Source of the DNA: an uncultured Gemmatimonadaceae bacterium
Lineage (GTDB): Bacteria > Gemmatimonadota > Gemmatimonadetes > Gemmatimonadales > Gemmatimonadaceae
Assembly (NCBI GenBank): GCA_963751275.1
Contig: CAVVTZ010000009.1
Location: 160,001 to 224,000 of the forward strand
Reading direction: 5' to 3'
DNA: 64,000 nt
Shown here piece after piece: positions 23,442 through 33,055 of this stretch. The position numbers and the translations under genes are program-made. How positions within the stretch are numbered: position 1 is the stretch's first letter; each line of letters opens with the position of its first letter. A model generated the notes under the pieces. That model was not told where the DNA came from and made no database searches. It saw only the letters and a program-made list of their open reading frames with translations.

Positions 23442-25903
23442 TGGCGACCGACGAAATGGGAAGCGGGAAACGGGAAACGGGACTGCTCTCCCAGATCGCG
23501 CAGGACGTCGGCTTCGCACTGCGGTCGCTCAGGAAGTCGCCGGGGTTCGCAGTGATCGCCGTGGCGACGCTGGCGCTCGGGATCGGGGCGAACACGGCCA
23601 TCTTCTCCGTCGTGAATGGCATTCTGCTCCGGCCGCTGCCGTTCCAGGACCCGTCGCGCATCGTGATGGTGGCTGCGACGTATGATGGCCGCCGCGCGGC
23701 GCCGGCGTCGCCGGCGAACATCGTCGATTGGCAGAGTCAGAACCACTCGTTCACCTCCATCGCGATCGTCGGCGGGCACTCGGTGGTGCTCACGGGCAGC
23801 GGCGATCCCGAGCGGCTCCGCGGCTCGGACGTCAGCGCCGACTTCTTCACCGTGCTCGGCGTGAAGCCGGTGCTCGGCCGGCTCACCTTCACTCCCGACG
23901 AAGCGGCCTTCAATGGATCGAAGGCCGTGCTGCTCAACGAGGCGCTCTGGAAGACCCGCTTCGGCGGCGATCCCGCCCTCGTGGGCAAGCACATCATACT
24001 CGACAACGAGAGTTATCTCGTGGCGGGCATTGTGCCCGCGGAAGCGGCGTGGCCGGCGAACACGTCGCTCTGGATGCCGTTCACTTTCGATCCCGCGCGG
24101 CTCGCGCAGAGCCGCGGCGCGGTGTACCTCAACGCCATCGCACGGCTCAAGCCCGGCGTGACGCTCGAGGGCGCGGCCGCGGACATGAAGGCGGTCCAGC
24201 AGCGGCTCGACACCGATTACCCCGAAGCGAACACGGGCGTGGGCTCGAAAGTGCTCTCAATGCAGGAGGGGATCACCGGCGATCTGCGCCGTCCGCTCTT
24301 CGTGCTGCTCGGCGGCGTGGCCTTCGTGCTCCTCATCGCGTGCGCGAACGTCGCGAACCTGCTGCTGGTGCGTGGTGTCGCGCGCGAGGGCGAGATCGCG
24401 GTGCGCACCGCGCTCGGCGCGGGACGCGGCCGGCTCATGCGCCAGCTCGTGACCGAGAGCGTCGTGCTCTCGCTCATCGGCGGCGGGGCGGGGCTCCTGC
24501 TCGCGGTGTACGGCACACAGCTGCTCGTGAGCGTCGCGCCGGCGAGCATCCCGCGGCTCGATTCCATTCGCGTGGATGGCGTGGTGCTCGGCTTCACGCT
24601 GCTCGTCGCCGTCGCGACGGGCGTGGTCTTCGGGCTCGTTCCCTCGCGGCAGCTCACGCGCCCCGACGTCGCCAAGACGCTGCGCGAGGGCGGACGCAGC
24701 GGCGGGCGGGCCGGAACGCATCGCGCACGCAGCGCGCTCGTGATCGCCGAGGTGGCGCTGAGTGTGATGCTGCTCGTGGGCGCGGGATTGCTCATTCATA
24801 GCTTCCAGCGGCTGACGACCGTGGATCCCGGCTTCCGCACGGAGAACTCGATCGCCTTCAACCTCAGCCTGCCGCAGACCAGGTACGACACGCCCGAGAA
24901 GACCGATCTGATGCTCTCGCAGATCATGGAGCGTGTGCGGGCCATTCCGGGCGTCGCGCAATCCGGCGCGGCGTTCGGCCTGCCGCTCACGAATTTCATG
25001 TACGGCTTCTCCTTCGCGATCAGCGGACGGCCGCCGGCCAAGCAGGGCGAGGAGCCGGACGCGCAGGTGCGCATGGCGACGCCCGACTATTTCGCGACGA
25101 TGGGCATTCGCGTGCTCAAGGGGCGTGGTTTCACCGCTGAGGACCGCGCCGGCGCGCCGGGCGCGCTGCTCATCACCGAGACGGGGCAGCAGCGCTTCTT
25201 CCCGAACGAGGATCCGATCGGCAAGCACATCACGTTCGGCATGGGGCGGAAGGGGAAGAACATGGAAGGCGACATCGTGGGCGTCGTCGCCGACACCAAG
25301 CAGACCACCCTCGCGAACGCGACCCTGCCGCAATTCTGGATCCCGTATGCGCAGTGGCCGATGAACAGCGTCACCGTGGTGATGCACACCACGCGCGACC
25401 CGAACGCGGCGGTGGCCGATGCGCGCCGTCAGATCAAGGAGCTCGATCCCGATCTCGCGCTCTCGAGCATCAAGACGCTGGACCAGGTCGTATCCGAATC
25501 GGTGGCACAACCGCGATTCTACATGGTGCTGCTCGCGGTGTTCGCCGGCGTCGCGGTGCTGCTCTCCGCGATCGGGATCTATGGAGTGATCGCGTACCTG
25601 GTGGGCCAGCGTTCCCGCGAGATCGGCATCCGTCTCGCACTCGGCGCCAGCCAGGGCACCGTGATCCGCATGATCGCGCGCGACGGCGCGATCATGACCG
25701 CGGCGGGCATCGGCGTGGGGCTGCTTGGCGCCTTCGCGCTGACAAGATCCATGACGGCGCTCCTGTTCGACGTGAAGCCGTCGGACCCGCTCACCTATCT
25801 CGCCGTGACGGCCCTGCTCGCCGCCGTGGCGCTTGCCGCCAGCTGTATCCCAGCCCTGCGCGCGGCACATGTGGATCCAGCGCTCACGATGCGGGCGGAA
25901 TAA
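23441..25903 (+). CDS. ADOP-type ABC permease 7
   Basis: QDVGFALR...[10 protein letters not shown]...DPALTMRAE; intact. Confidence 0.92.
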   Translation: MATDEMGSGKRETGLLSQIAQDVGFALRSLRKSPGFAVIAVATLALGIGANTAIFSVVNGILLRPLPFQDPSRIVMVAATYDGRRAAPASPANIVDWQSQNHSFTSIAIVGGHSVVLTGSGDPERLRGSDVSADFFTVLGVKPVLGRLTFTPDEAAFNGSKAVLLNEALWKTRFGGDPALVGKHIILDNESYLVAGIVPAEAAWPANTSLWMPFTFDPARLAQSRGAVYLNAIARLKPGVTLEGAAADMKAVQQRLDTDYPEANTGVGSKVLSMQEGITGDLRRPLFVLLGGVAFVLLIACANVANLLLVRGVAREGEIAVRTALGAGRGRLMRQLVTESVVLSLIGGGAGLLLAVYGTQLLVSVAPASIPRLDSIRVDGVVLGFTLLVAVATGVVFGLVPSRQLTRPDVAKTLREGGRSGGRAGTHRARSALVIAEVALSVMLLVGAGLLIHSFQRLTTVDPGFRTENSIAFNLSLPQTRYDTPEKTDLMLSQIMERVRAIPGVAQSGAAFGLPLTNFMYGFSFAISGRPPAKQGEEPDAQVRMATPDYFATMGIRVLKGRGFTAEDRAGAPGALLITETGQQRFFPNEDPIGKHITFGMGRKGKNMEGDIVGVVADTKQTTLANATLPQFWIPYAQWPMNSVTVVMHTTRDPNAAVADARRQIKELDPDLALSSIKTLDQVVSESVAQPRFYMVLLAVFAGVAVLLSAIGIYGVIAYLVGQRSREIGIRLALGASQGTVIRMIARDGAIMTAAGIGVGLLGAFALTRSMTALLFDVKPSDPLTYLAVTALLAAVALAASCIPALRAAHVDPALTMRAE

Positions 25904-25924
25904 CCACTCGCACGACACTGCAGA

Positions 25925-26056
25925 GGGGAAACGGGAAACGGGAAACGGGAGCGAGTAGGAACGCGGAACCGCTTTCTGTGAGCTGTTGACTGATGACTGT
26001 AGACTGGCAGTCACTCGTGACTGTCTACTGTTAGCTGCGAGGTGAATGAGCAGGTG
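25925..26056 (+). repeat. Heptamer-period dispersed repeat, copy 2
   Basis: Direct repeat of 20603-20729. Confidence 0.85.
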
Positions 26057-26148
26057 GTCCGATCCGGCGGGGATCGGGCCCGCCATTCTTGCGGGCCCGT
26101 AAGTTAGCGCATAGCTCACAGCACCCCATTTCCGCCTCTGGAGCCCAC

Positions 26149-27702
26149 ATGCGCCGCGCGCTCGCACCTTTCGCAGCCGTTCTTCTCGTCTTGCCCTCCG
26201 CGATCCGTTCGCAAGACACCGCGCTCGCGACCCGCATCTCCGCCATCACCAATCGCCCCGAATTCCGCCACGCGCTATGGGGCATCAAGATCTACGACCT
26301 CGACAAGAAACAAACCCTCTACGAACAGAACGCCAACAAACTCTTCTTCCCCGCCTCCACCACGAAACTCCTCACCATCGGCACCGCCCTCGCCTTGCTC
26401 GGCCCGGACTTCCGCTTTCGCACGAATGTCTATGCCGTCGGCGGCTGGGCTCAGAACGGCACCCTGAATGGTGACATCATCATCGTCGCGAGCGGCGACC
26501 CGAATCTGAGCGGCCGCATCCGCCCCGACGGCACCCTCGCGTTCGAGAACGAAGACCACGCCTACGCGGGCAGCGACTCGATGGCCCGCGCCGTGCCCGG
26601 CGATCCGCTGCTCGTGATCAAGGAGCTGGCGAAGCAGGCTGCGTCCAAGGTGAAGACGCTGAACGGCCGAGTGCTCGTGGATGTCTCGATGTTCCCCGAG
26701 GGGCAGGCGGAAGCGGGGTCGGGCGTCGTGATGTCGCCGATCATGGTGAACGACAACATCATCGACATCACCATCACGCCGGCGAAGAGCGCGGGCGCGC
26801 CGATGACGTTAGTGGCCTCGCCCGTCACCGCGTACGCGACCTTCGTGAACAAGACCGTCACCGGCGCCGCGGGCTCGGCGAACACGATTACCTTGGCGAG
26901 CGACAGCGTGACGCCGGCGGGGAACCACATCGTGACCGTGACGGGCTCGCTGCCGGCGGGCGGTCCGATGATGCTCTTCCCGTACGACGTGCCGCTGCCC
27001 AGCCGCTTCGCGGCCGTGACCTTCACCGAGGCGCTCGTCGCGAACGGGGTGAAGGTGAACGCGCCGTCGGCGCCGGCCGCGGTGGATTGGACGAAGCTGG
27101 CAGCCGGCTACACGCCGGCGAACATCGTGGCGAACCATGTCTCGCCGCCGTACAGCGAAGAGGTGAAGGTGACGCTCAAGGTGAGCGACAATCTTCACGC
27201 CGCGGTGACGCCGTACATCCTTGGCGCCATGATCGGCAAGAAGGACACCGCGAAGACCGGCTTCGATCTGGAGCGTGAGTTCCTGACCAGGGGCGGGCTC
27301 GATCTCAGCGGCGCGCAGCAGTCCGACGGGCTGGGCGCCGACGATCATTTCACGCCGGACTTCATGGTGAGCTATCTGTCGTGGTACGCGTCGCTCCCGA
27401 CGTATCCGGTGCTGCTGGCGGCGCTGCCGGTGCTGGGGCGCGACGGCACGCTGTACAACATCCAGACCACGTCGCCGGCGGCGGGGCACGTGTTCGCGAA
27501 GACGGGGACGTTCGCGAGCTGGGACCCGCTCAACCGGGATCTACTGGTAACGGCGAAGGGATTGGCGGGATACATCACGACCGCGAAGGGCCGGCATTTG
27601 GCGTTCGCGGTGTACGTGAACAACGTGGCCGTGCCGACGGGTGACGACGTGACGAGGATCGTGGGGCAGGCGGTGGGAGCGGTAGCGGCGGCGGCATACT
27701 AA
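26149..27702 (+). CDS. dacB: D-Ala-D-Ala carboxypeptidase/endopeptidase (PBP4, peptidase S13)
   Basis: Signal peptide; PASTTK (SxxK), SDN, DGLG, AKTGT. Confidence 0.9.
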   Translation: MRRALAPFAAVLLVLPSAIRSQDTALATRISAITNRPEFRHALWGIKIYDLDKKQTLYEQNANKLFFPASTTKLLTIGTALALLGPDFRFRTNVYAVGGWAQNGTLNGDIIIVASGDPNLSGRIRPDGTLAFENEDHAYAGSDSMARAVPGDPLLVIKELAKQAASKVKTLNGRVLVDVSMFPEGQAEAGSGVVMSPIMVNDNIIDITITPAKSAGAPMTLVASPVTAYATFVNKTVTGAAGSANTITLASDSVTPAGNHIVTVTGSLPAGGPMMLFPYDVPLPSRFAAVTFTEALVANGVKVNAPSAPAAVDWTKLAAGYTPANIVANHVSPPYSEEVKVTLKVSDNLHAAVTPYILGAMIGKKDTAKTGFDLEREFLTRGGLDLSGAQQSDGLGADDHFTPDFMVSYLSWYASLPTYPVLLAALPVLGRDGTLYNIQTTSPAAGHVFAKTGTFASWDPLNRDLLVTAKGLAGYITTAKGRHLAFAVYVNNVAVPTGDDVTRIVGQAVGAVAAAAY

Positions 27703-27707
27703 CTGCT

Positions 27708-27799
27708 AACTGCCGGGAACCGATTGCCGGGAGCCGATGTGGCATGACAAAATATTTTGTCACTCCTGATCGACTCCCGGCGATCGGCTCCCGGTAGTT
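27708..27799. repeat. Inverted-repeat element G with central perfect 18-bp palindrome
   Basis: 31-bp arms (4 mismatches); tgacaaaatattttgtca at 27745-27762 shares the dyad 27753.5. Confidence 0.85.
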
Positions 27800-27806
27800 G
27801 AGTTCT

Positions 27807-27833
27807 GAAACTTCGTTCCGCGCTGGAACGTAG
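27807..27833 (+). promoter_or_regulatory. Possible ECF sigma promoter, leaderless transcript
   Basis: GAAAC-N17-CGTAG ending 7 nt before ATG 27841; no SD. Confidence 0.3.
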
Positions 27834-27840
27834 AAACATT

Positions 27841-29655
27841 ATGACCAATACTATATTTCGGGCCGCTGCGGCGGCCGGGCTGCTCGGGGCCGGTGTGCTC
27901 CAGGCCCAGGGGACGTTCCGCGGGAACGACGTGCATGCGGGGGCCTATCCGGCGGGCACCAAGGGGGAACTCGGCGGCATCGCGTGGCGATTCCCCACCG
28001 GCGGCGAGGTCATCGCGTCACCGGTGATCGTAGGCGGTGTCCTCTATATCGGCAGCGGGAGCGGCGTCATGTACGCGCTCGATGCCGCCACCGGCAAGCA
28101 GCGATGGGGCGCGGACCTCGCGAGCCCCATCAGCGCCACGGCGGCGCTGAGCGGCGGCCGGGTGTTCGTGGGCACGCGCGATGGCCGCTTCTACGCACTG
28201 GACGCCGCCACCGGCAAGCGCATCTGGCGCTTCGAGACCGGGCTGGCGCTGCCGCTCCACTGGGGGCACGAGAGCGGCGACTACTGGACCTCGTCGCCCA
28301 CGGTGTCCGGGGGCACGGTCGTCTTCGGCGCCAGCGATGGCAGCGTGTATGCGGTGAGCGCCGCCACCGGCAAGCAGCTCTGGCGCAATTTGACCGAGGG
28401 GCGCGTGCACTCGTCCGCGGCGATCGACGGCGACAACGTCGTCATCGGTTCGTTCGACGGCACGGTGCGCTGCTATTCCCTCGCCACCGGCAAGGAGCGC
28501 TGGAAGTTCGCCACACTCGGCACCACGCTCGAGTCCGCGAACTACGGCTATGACCGGCGATCCATCCAATCATCGCCCGCGATCGTGAATGGCGTGGCCG
28601 TGGTCGGCGCGCGCGATGGGTTCATCTACGCGATCGACGTCGCCACCGGGAAGGAGAAGTGGCACTACGACCACAAGATCTCGTGGATCAACGCATCGGC
28701 CGCAGCGAGCGGCGGGATGCTGTACGATGCCAGCTCCGACGCGCAGTTCGTGCAGGAACTCGACGCTGCCACCGGCACGGAGAAGTGGCGCTATACCGCC
28801 GACGCGCCGGTGTGGAGCTCTCCCGCGGTGAGCGGCGACGTCGTGTACGTGGGCGATTTCGTGGGCCGCCTGCACGCGATCTCGCGCGCCGATGGCAAAC
28901 GGCAGTGGCTCCTCCGCACCGGCTCGATGATCCTGAGCTCGCCCGTGCCCTTCGGCGATCTCGTCATCGTCGGCAGCACCGACGGCGCCGTGTATGCGGC
29001 GCGGACGTCGGACGTTCCGGTGCAGCGCGCGGTCTTCTTCGACAGCGCCTATCTCAAGGCATCGCGCACCGAGGACGCGGGCAAGACCGCGACCTATTTC
29101 TCGCGGCGCGGCTACACGCAGTTCGGCGCCGCCGCCCTCAAGGACTGGATGGAGGCGCGCATCGCCGACAAGGCGCCGAGCACCGTGGTGTTCGCGATCG
29201 AGTTCGTGCCGGAAGCGATCGCGTCCAAGCCGTACGCGTCGAGCACGCTGCGGCGCTATCTCGACAGCGGCGGCAAGGTGGTGTGGCTCGGCCTGCCGCC
29301 GGCGATCTGGCCGCGCGACAGCACGGGCGCGCCCGTGCCGAGTCTGCTCGCCCTCGACTGGAAGGGATCCGGCGAACTGCTCGGCGTGAACGTGGACGCC
29401 GCCATCTTCGATCCGCGCGGCGTGCGCGCCACGTCCGCGGGTATCGCGTGGGGGCTCGTGCCAGGGCACTATCGCGATGCGTGGAGCGTGGATCCCAAGG
29501 GCGTGACGCAGGTGCTCGCGACCGACGAATGGGGGCTGGCCGCGGCGTGGGTGAAGAATTACGGCGGCCCGCCCGGCACGGGATTCGTCCGCGTGCCGGG
29601 GGCCGATCCGTTCGTGATGTACCTCGCGGCGGAGTACCGGCCGGGAGGGCCGTAG
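27841..29655 (+). CDS. Secreted PQQ-binding-like beta-propeller repeat protein
   Basis: Signal peptide; many SSP...GSxDG..YALDAATGK..W repeats; extra C-terminal domain. Confidence 0.88.
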   Translation: MTNTIFRAAAAAGLLGAGVLQAQGTFRGNDVHAGAYPAGTKGELGGIAWRFPTGGEVIASPVIVGGVLYIGSGSGVMYALDAATGKQRWGADLASPISATAALSGGRVFVGTRDGRFYALDAATGKRIWRFETGLALPLHWGHESGDYWTSSPTVSGGTVVFGASDGSVYAVSAATGKQLWRNLTEGRVHSSAAIDGDNVVIGSFDGTVRCYSLATGKERWKFATLGTTLESANYGYDRRSIQSSPAIVNGVAVVGARDGFIYAIDVATGKEKWHYDHKISWINASAAASGGMLYDASSDAQFVQELDAATGTEKWRYTADAPVWSSPAVSGDVVYVGDFVGRLHAISRADGKRQWLLRTGSMILSSPVPFGDLVIVGSTDGAVYAARTSDVPVQRAVFFDSAYLKASRTEDAGKTATYFSRRGYTQFGAAALKDWMEARIADKAPSTVVFAIEFVPEAIASKPYASSTLRRYLDSGGKVVWLGLPPAIWPRDSTGAPVPSLLALDWKGSGELLGVNVDAAIFDPRGVRATSAGIAWGLVPGHYRDAWSVDPKGVTQVLATDEWGLAAAWVKNYGGPPGTGFVRVPGADPFVMYLAAEYRPGGP

Positions 29656-29659
29656 CCGG

Positions 29660-30667
29660 TCAGTACTGCGCCATCGCCGGCGGCGTCGGCCGGCTGAGCT
29701 TGATCATGTAGCCGCCCACCGGCGGGGCCTGGAGCGTGATCACGTATTGCTCCACGCCATTCACCACGCGGCCGGCGGGCTCGCCGCTGGTGCGGCTCGC
29801 CGCGCCCAGCCCCGCGCTCGGCGCGGCTGGGACGAACGCCCCGTCGCCGATCTCCATCGTGAGCAGGAGCTTGGGAGCGCCGGACGGCGTCGCGCCGTAC
29901 CACTTGATCACGCTCCCCGACAGATCCTCGCCCGACGTGGCCGCGGCCATGAGCGGTGTGCTCTCGGTGTCCGGCTTCTTCGTGAACACCACCTTGCTGA
30001 ACGTCGGCTTGCCGCCGCCGGCGGCCGGCGCCGTGACCTCGAACTGCACGCTCGAGAGCTCGATCCCCTGCATGGGGCCGCGCGCGTGCGGATCGAACGC
30101 ACCGGCCTTCTTTCCCTTGATCATGTCGCCCCGAATGCCCAGCGCGACGTTCGACGGGGAGCCGCTGGTCTTCACGAATGTCGGGAACGCCGTGGTCTGC
30201 GCGACACCGGGCGCGACGGTCATCGCGGGCGCGCTGACGGTCGTGATCGTCACGTCCATTTGGTAGGCCGATCCGGCACTGGTATTGAACGTAATGTTGG
30301 TGATCTTCGCCAACGCCGCGTTCACCGTATACGCGAGCATCACCTGGCCGTGCTGGTCATGGTGATAGAACGTGAACTTCGGCGTGACCGTCTCATTCGT
30401 GACCATCGCGTTGAGGATCTGCGGCAATGCGAACATTGACATCTTCACCGTGAACGCGGTCGGCGCGGCGCCGAGGGTCGCCGGCGCGGCGCTGAACGAA
30501 TCGAGCTCCATCTCCTTTAGATGATTCGCCTGGGTGGCGTCACCGCCGATCGTGCCTTGCCGCTGCCCCTTGAGGGTCATGAACGCTTCCTGTTGCGCGG
30601 GCGCGGCGGCCGCGAGGGCGGCAGTCATGAGTGCCGCCAACAGGGGAATACGGTGGGACAAGGTCAT
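29660..30667 (-). CDS. Signal-peptide protein with two Hcp/TssD-like domains
   Basis: GGAG RBS; AxA signal; AFMTLKGQRQGTIGG...LPQILNAMVTNETV...FTFY and IELSSVQFEV...GKPTFSKVVFTKKPDTESTPLMAAATSGEDL resemble Hcp. Confidence 0.7.
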   Translation of the reverse strand: MTLSHRIPLLAALMTAALAAAAPAQQEAFMTLKGQRQGTIGGDATQANHLKEMELDSFSAAPATLGAAPTAFTVKMSMFALPQILNAMVTNETVTPKFTFYHHDQHGQVMLAYTVNAALAKITNITFNTSAGSAYQMDVTITTVSAPAMTVAPGVAQTTAFPTFVKTSGSPSNVALGIRGDMIKGKKAGAFDPHARGPMQGIELSSVQFEVTAPAAGGGKPTFSKVVFTKKPDTESTPLMAAATSGEDLSGSVIKWYGATPSGAPKLLLTMEIGDGAFVPAAPSAGLGAASRTSGEPAGRVVNGVEQYVITLQAPPVGGYMIKLSRPTPPAMAQY

Positions 30668-30870
30668 CGTCGCTCCATCGAGGTTCGGGTTCGTGTTGGC
30701 CGGATCGCGCTGTCCCGGCGCATGGTCGGCGGCTAGCTTGCACACGCGGGAGCGCGACTTCAAGGTCCGGCGGGCCGGTTACGGACCGGGCCTCTGCGAT
30801 GTGACGGAACGGCCCGTTCGCCGCGAGATCCACGGTGCCGCGAGCGTGCCTCCCGCCGGAGGGCAGCCTG

Positions 30871-31281
30871 ATGCCGGATCCCGTGATGATCGTAGCGTCC
30901 TGGTCGCTGTTCGCGATCGTGTTCGCGTTCGCGGCGTGGCGCGCGTTGCGATGGCGCGGCGGCTGGGCACTCTGCGCGACCATCGTGCTCTTCGCGCTCA
31001 TCTCCGCCTCGGTCGCGAGCCTCCGCGCCCATTTGCGGTGGACCGCCGCCGGCATCCCGATCGCTGAACACCAGCATCAGCTGCTTTTCGCCAGCACCGC
31101 CATCCTCGGCGCGTTCGGATGCACCGGCTCGGCGCTCGTGCTCTGGCGGCAGCGGTCGCACGCCGCCGAGCCGCTCGGCGCGCATCGCACGGCATCGAGC
31201 GTGGCGGGTTTCGTCGCCGGGCTGATCGTATTCGCCGCGATCATCCTTGTCACCGACGTCGGGCGCATGGTGCGGCTCTAG
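30871..31281 (+). CDS. Hypothetical 4-TM membrane protein
   Basis: Four hydrophobic segments; GGAGG upstream. Confidence 0.65.
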   Translation: MPDPVMIVASWSLFAIVFAFAAWRALRWRGGWALCATIVLFALISASVASLRAHLRWTAAGIPIAEHQHQLLFASTAILGAFGCTGSALVLWRQRSHAAEPLGAHRTASSVAGFVAGLIVFAAIILVTDVGRMVRL

Positions 31282-31354
31282 CGCCACAGTAGACGCGGCC
31301 AGCGTCTTGCTGCAGGTTCATCCGGTGGGCCAACGCTGATCCGAGGATGCATGC

Positions 31355-31450
31355 ATGGATGCCGGTGAGAAGAAGATCCACAAGAAGATCGTGTTCGGCG
31401 GCGTGATCATCCTCATCGCGATGGCGGCGTGGATCCTGCTGCTCATGTGA
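31355..31450 (+). CDS. Small single-TM protein (31 aa)
   Basis: GAGGA then MDAGEKKIHKKIVFGGVIILIAMAAWILLLM*; GC3-rich codons. Confidence 0.55.
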   Translation: MDAGEKKIHKKIVFGGVIILIAMAAWILLLM

Positions 31451-31454
31451 CCGC

Positions 31455-31913
31455 ATGATCGCCGCCTCCCCCGCCAAGCAGCTCGCCGGCTTCATCGACA
31501 AGTATGATCCCGCGGTCGCCAAACTCGCGCGCTCGCTGCGCGCCGCGATGCGCAAGCGCCTGCCCACCGCCAACGAGCTGGTCTACGACAACTACCAGTT
31601 CCTCGCGATCGGCTACTCGTCCACCGAGAAGGCCTCGGACACGATCGTCTCGCTCGCCGTGTCGCCCAAGGGCGTGGCCCTCTGCTTCTACTACGGCGCG
31701 AAGCTGCCGGACCCGGCCAAGCTCCTCTATGGCGGCGGCAACCAGGTGCGCTTTGCGCGTCTCGACAGCGCGGCGTCGCTCGCCAAGCCGGCGCTGGTAT
31801 CGCTGATCCGCGTCGCCGCGGAGTGGGGGAAAGTTCCGCTCCCAAGAGGCTCGAAGGGCAAGCTGATCATCAAGTCGATCTCCGCCAAACAGCGGCCCCG
31901 CCGGAAGACCTGA
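31455..31913 (+). CDS. DUF1801/YdhG-like protein
   Basis: ELVYDNY...LPDPAKLLYGGGNQVR pattern. Confidence 0.65.
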   Translation: MIAASPAKQLAGFIDKYDPAVAKLARSLRAAMRKRLPTANELVYDNYQFLAIGYSSTEKASDTIVSLAVSPKGVALCFYYGAKLPDPAKLLYGGGNQVRFARLDSAASLAKPALVSLIRVAAEWGKVPLPRGSKGKLIIKSISAKQRPRRKT

Positions 31914-32030
31914 TCGCCGGCCGCGGGGATCTCCCCGCGCCCTGTCCGCCATTCGCTGACACCGTACGGGTTCCCCGCGCCGAGCTTTCGGGAAGTTCGC
32001 GTTCACTTCCCACTGACTCCCGAGGATCCC

Positions 32031-32471
32031 GTGCACCACTCAGCCACCCGCTCGATCATTCTTGCATTGATGAGCCTCGCGCTCGCCTTCACCGCCGCCG
32101 CGCAGCAGCCGGCCGCCGCGCCCGCTCCGGCGCCGGCCCCCGCGTCGGCCGTGTCGATGCCCATGCCGAAGCACGATTCCGCCGGCATGTGCGCCATGAT
32201 GGACGCGAAGTCGTGCTCGATGATGAAAGAGCACATGGCCCAAGGCTGTCCGATGATGGCCGGCATGATGCACCCGGCCGGCCCGATGGGCGCTGCCGAG
32301 CTCGCCAAGCCGGAGACGGCGCAGCAGCTCGCCGCGTTCGTGAGGAATTTCTACGACGCGCTCATCGCGAAGGGATTCTCCAAGGCCGACGCGCTCAAGA
32401 TTGTGACCGAGATCGGTATCCCCAGCGTGAGCGCCGCTCCCATGGCACACCCGGCGCACGGCGCCATGTGA
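32031..32471 (+). CDS. Secreted Met/Cys/His-rich hypothetical protein
   Basis: Signal peptide, AP linker, MCAMM...GCPMMAGMMH, C-terminal FYDALIAKGFSKADALKIV. Confidence 0.7.
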   Translation: MHHSATRSIILALMSLALAFTAAAQQPAAAPAPAPAPASAVSMPMPKHDSAGMCAMMDAKSCSMMKEHMAQGCPMMAGMMHPAGPMGAAELAKPETAQQLAAFVRNFYDALIAKGFSKADALKIVTEIGIPSVSAAPMAHPAHGAM

Positions 32472-32521
32472 TCGCCGGCCGGCCGGCGTGCCCCGCGCGC
32501 CGGCCGGCTGTAAGTTAGGAA

Positions 32522-33055
32522 ATGCCCGCTACCGTCTTCATCGCCACCAGCCTCGACGGCTTCATCGCGCGCGCCGACGGCACCTTCGACTGGCTGCCGC
32601 CCCCCGCCGCCGATGAGGACTACGGCTTCGGCCCGTTCATGGAGAGCGTCGACGCGCTCGTCATCGGCCGCAAGACCTACGAGACCGCGCTCAGCTTCGG
32701 CGGCTGGCCCTACGGCAAACGCCTCGTCATCGTCCTGAGCAGCCGCCCCATCGATTTCACCGTGGTGAAGGGCGCGAACGTGGAGCAGCTGTCCGGCGAA
32801 CCCGCGGAGATCATCGCGAAGCTCGCCGCCCGCGGCGTGCACCAACTCTACGTGGATGGCGGCAACACGATCCAGCGATTCCTGCGCGCCGGCCTCATCG
32901 ACCGTCTCGTCATCACGCGCGTCCCCATTCTGCTCGGTGGCGGCATCCCCCTCTTCGGCGCGCTCGCGCGCGACGTCCCGCTGCGGCACGTGTCCACGAA
33001 GTCGTATCCCAGCGGATTGGTGCAGAGCGAGTACGTACCGGCGCTCGCGAGGTGA
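32522..33055 (+). CDS. Dihydrofolate reductase/RibD C-terminal family protein
   Basis: IATSLDGFIA, IGRKTYE, YVDGG, PILLGGGIPLF. Confidence 0.9.
   Translation: MPATVFIATSLDGFIARADGTFDWLPPPAADEDYGFGPFMESVDALVIGRKTYETALSFGGWPYGKRLVIVLSSRPIDFTVVKGANVEQLSGEPAEIIAKLAARGVHQLYVDGGNTIQRFLRAGLIDRLVITRVPILLGGGIPLFGALARDVPLRHVSTKSYPSGLVQSEYVPALAR

Noticed and set aside
29660..30667. A type VI secretion locus or prophage
   Set aside because: No sheath, VgrG, baseplate or phage genes recognised in the window.
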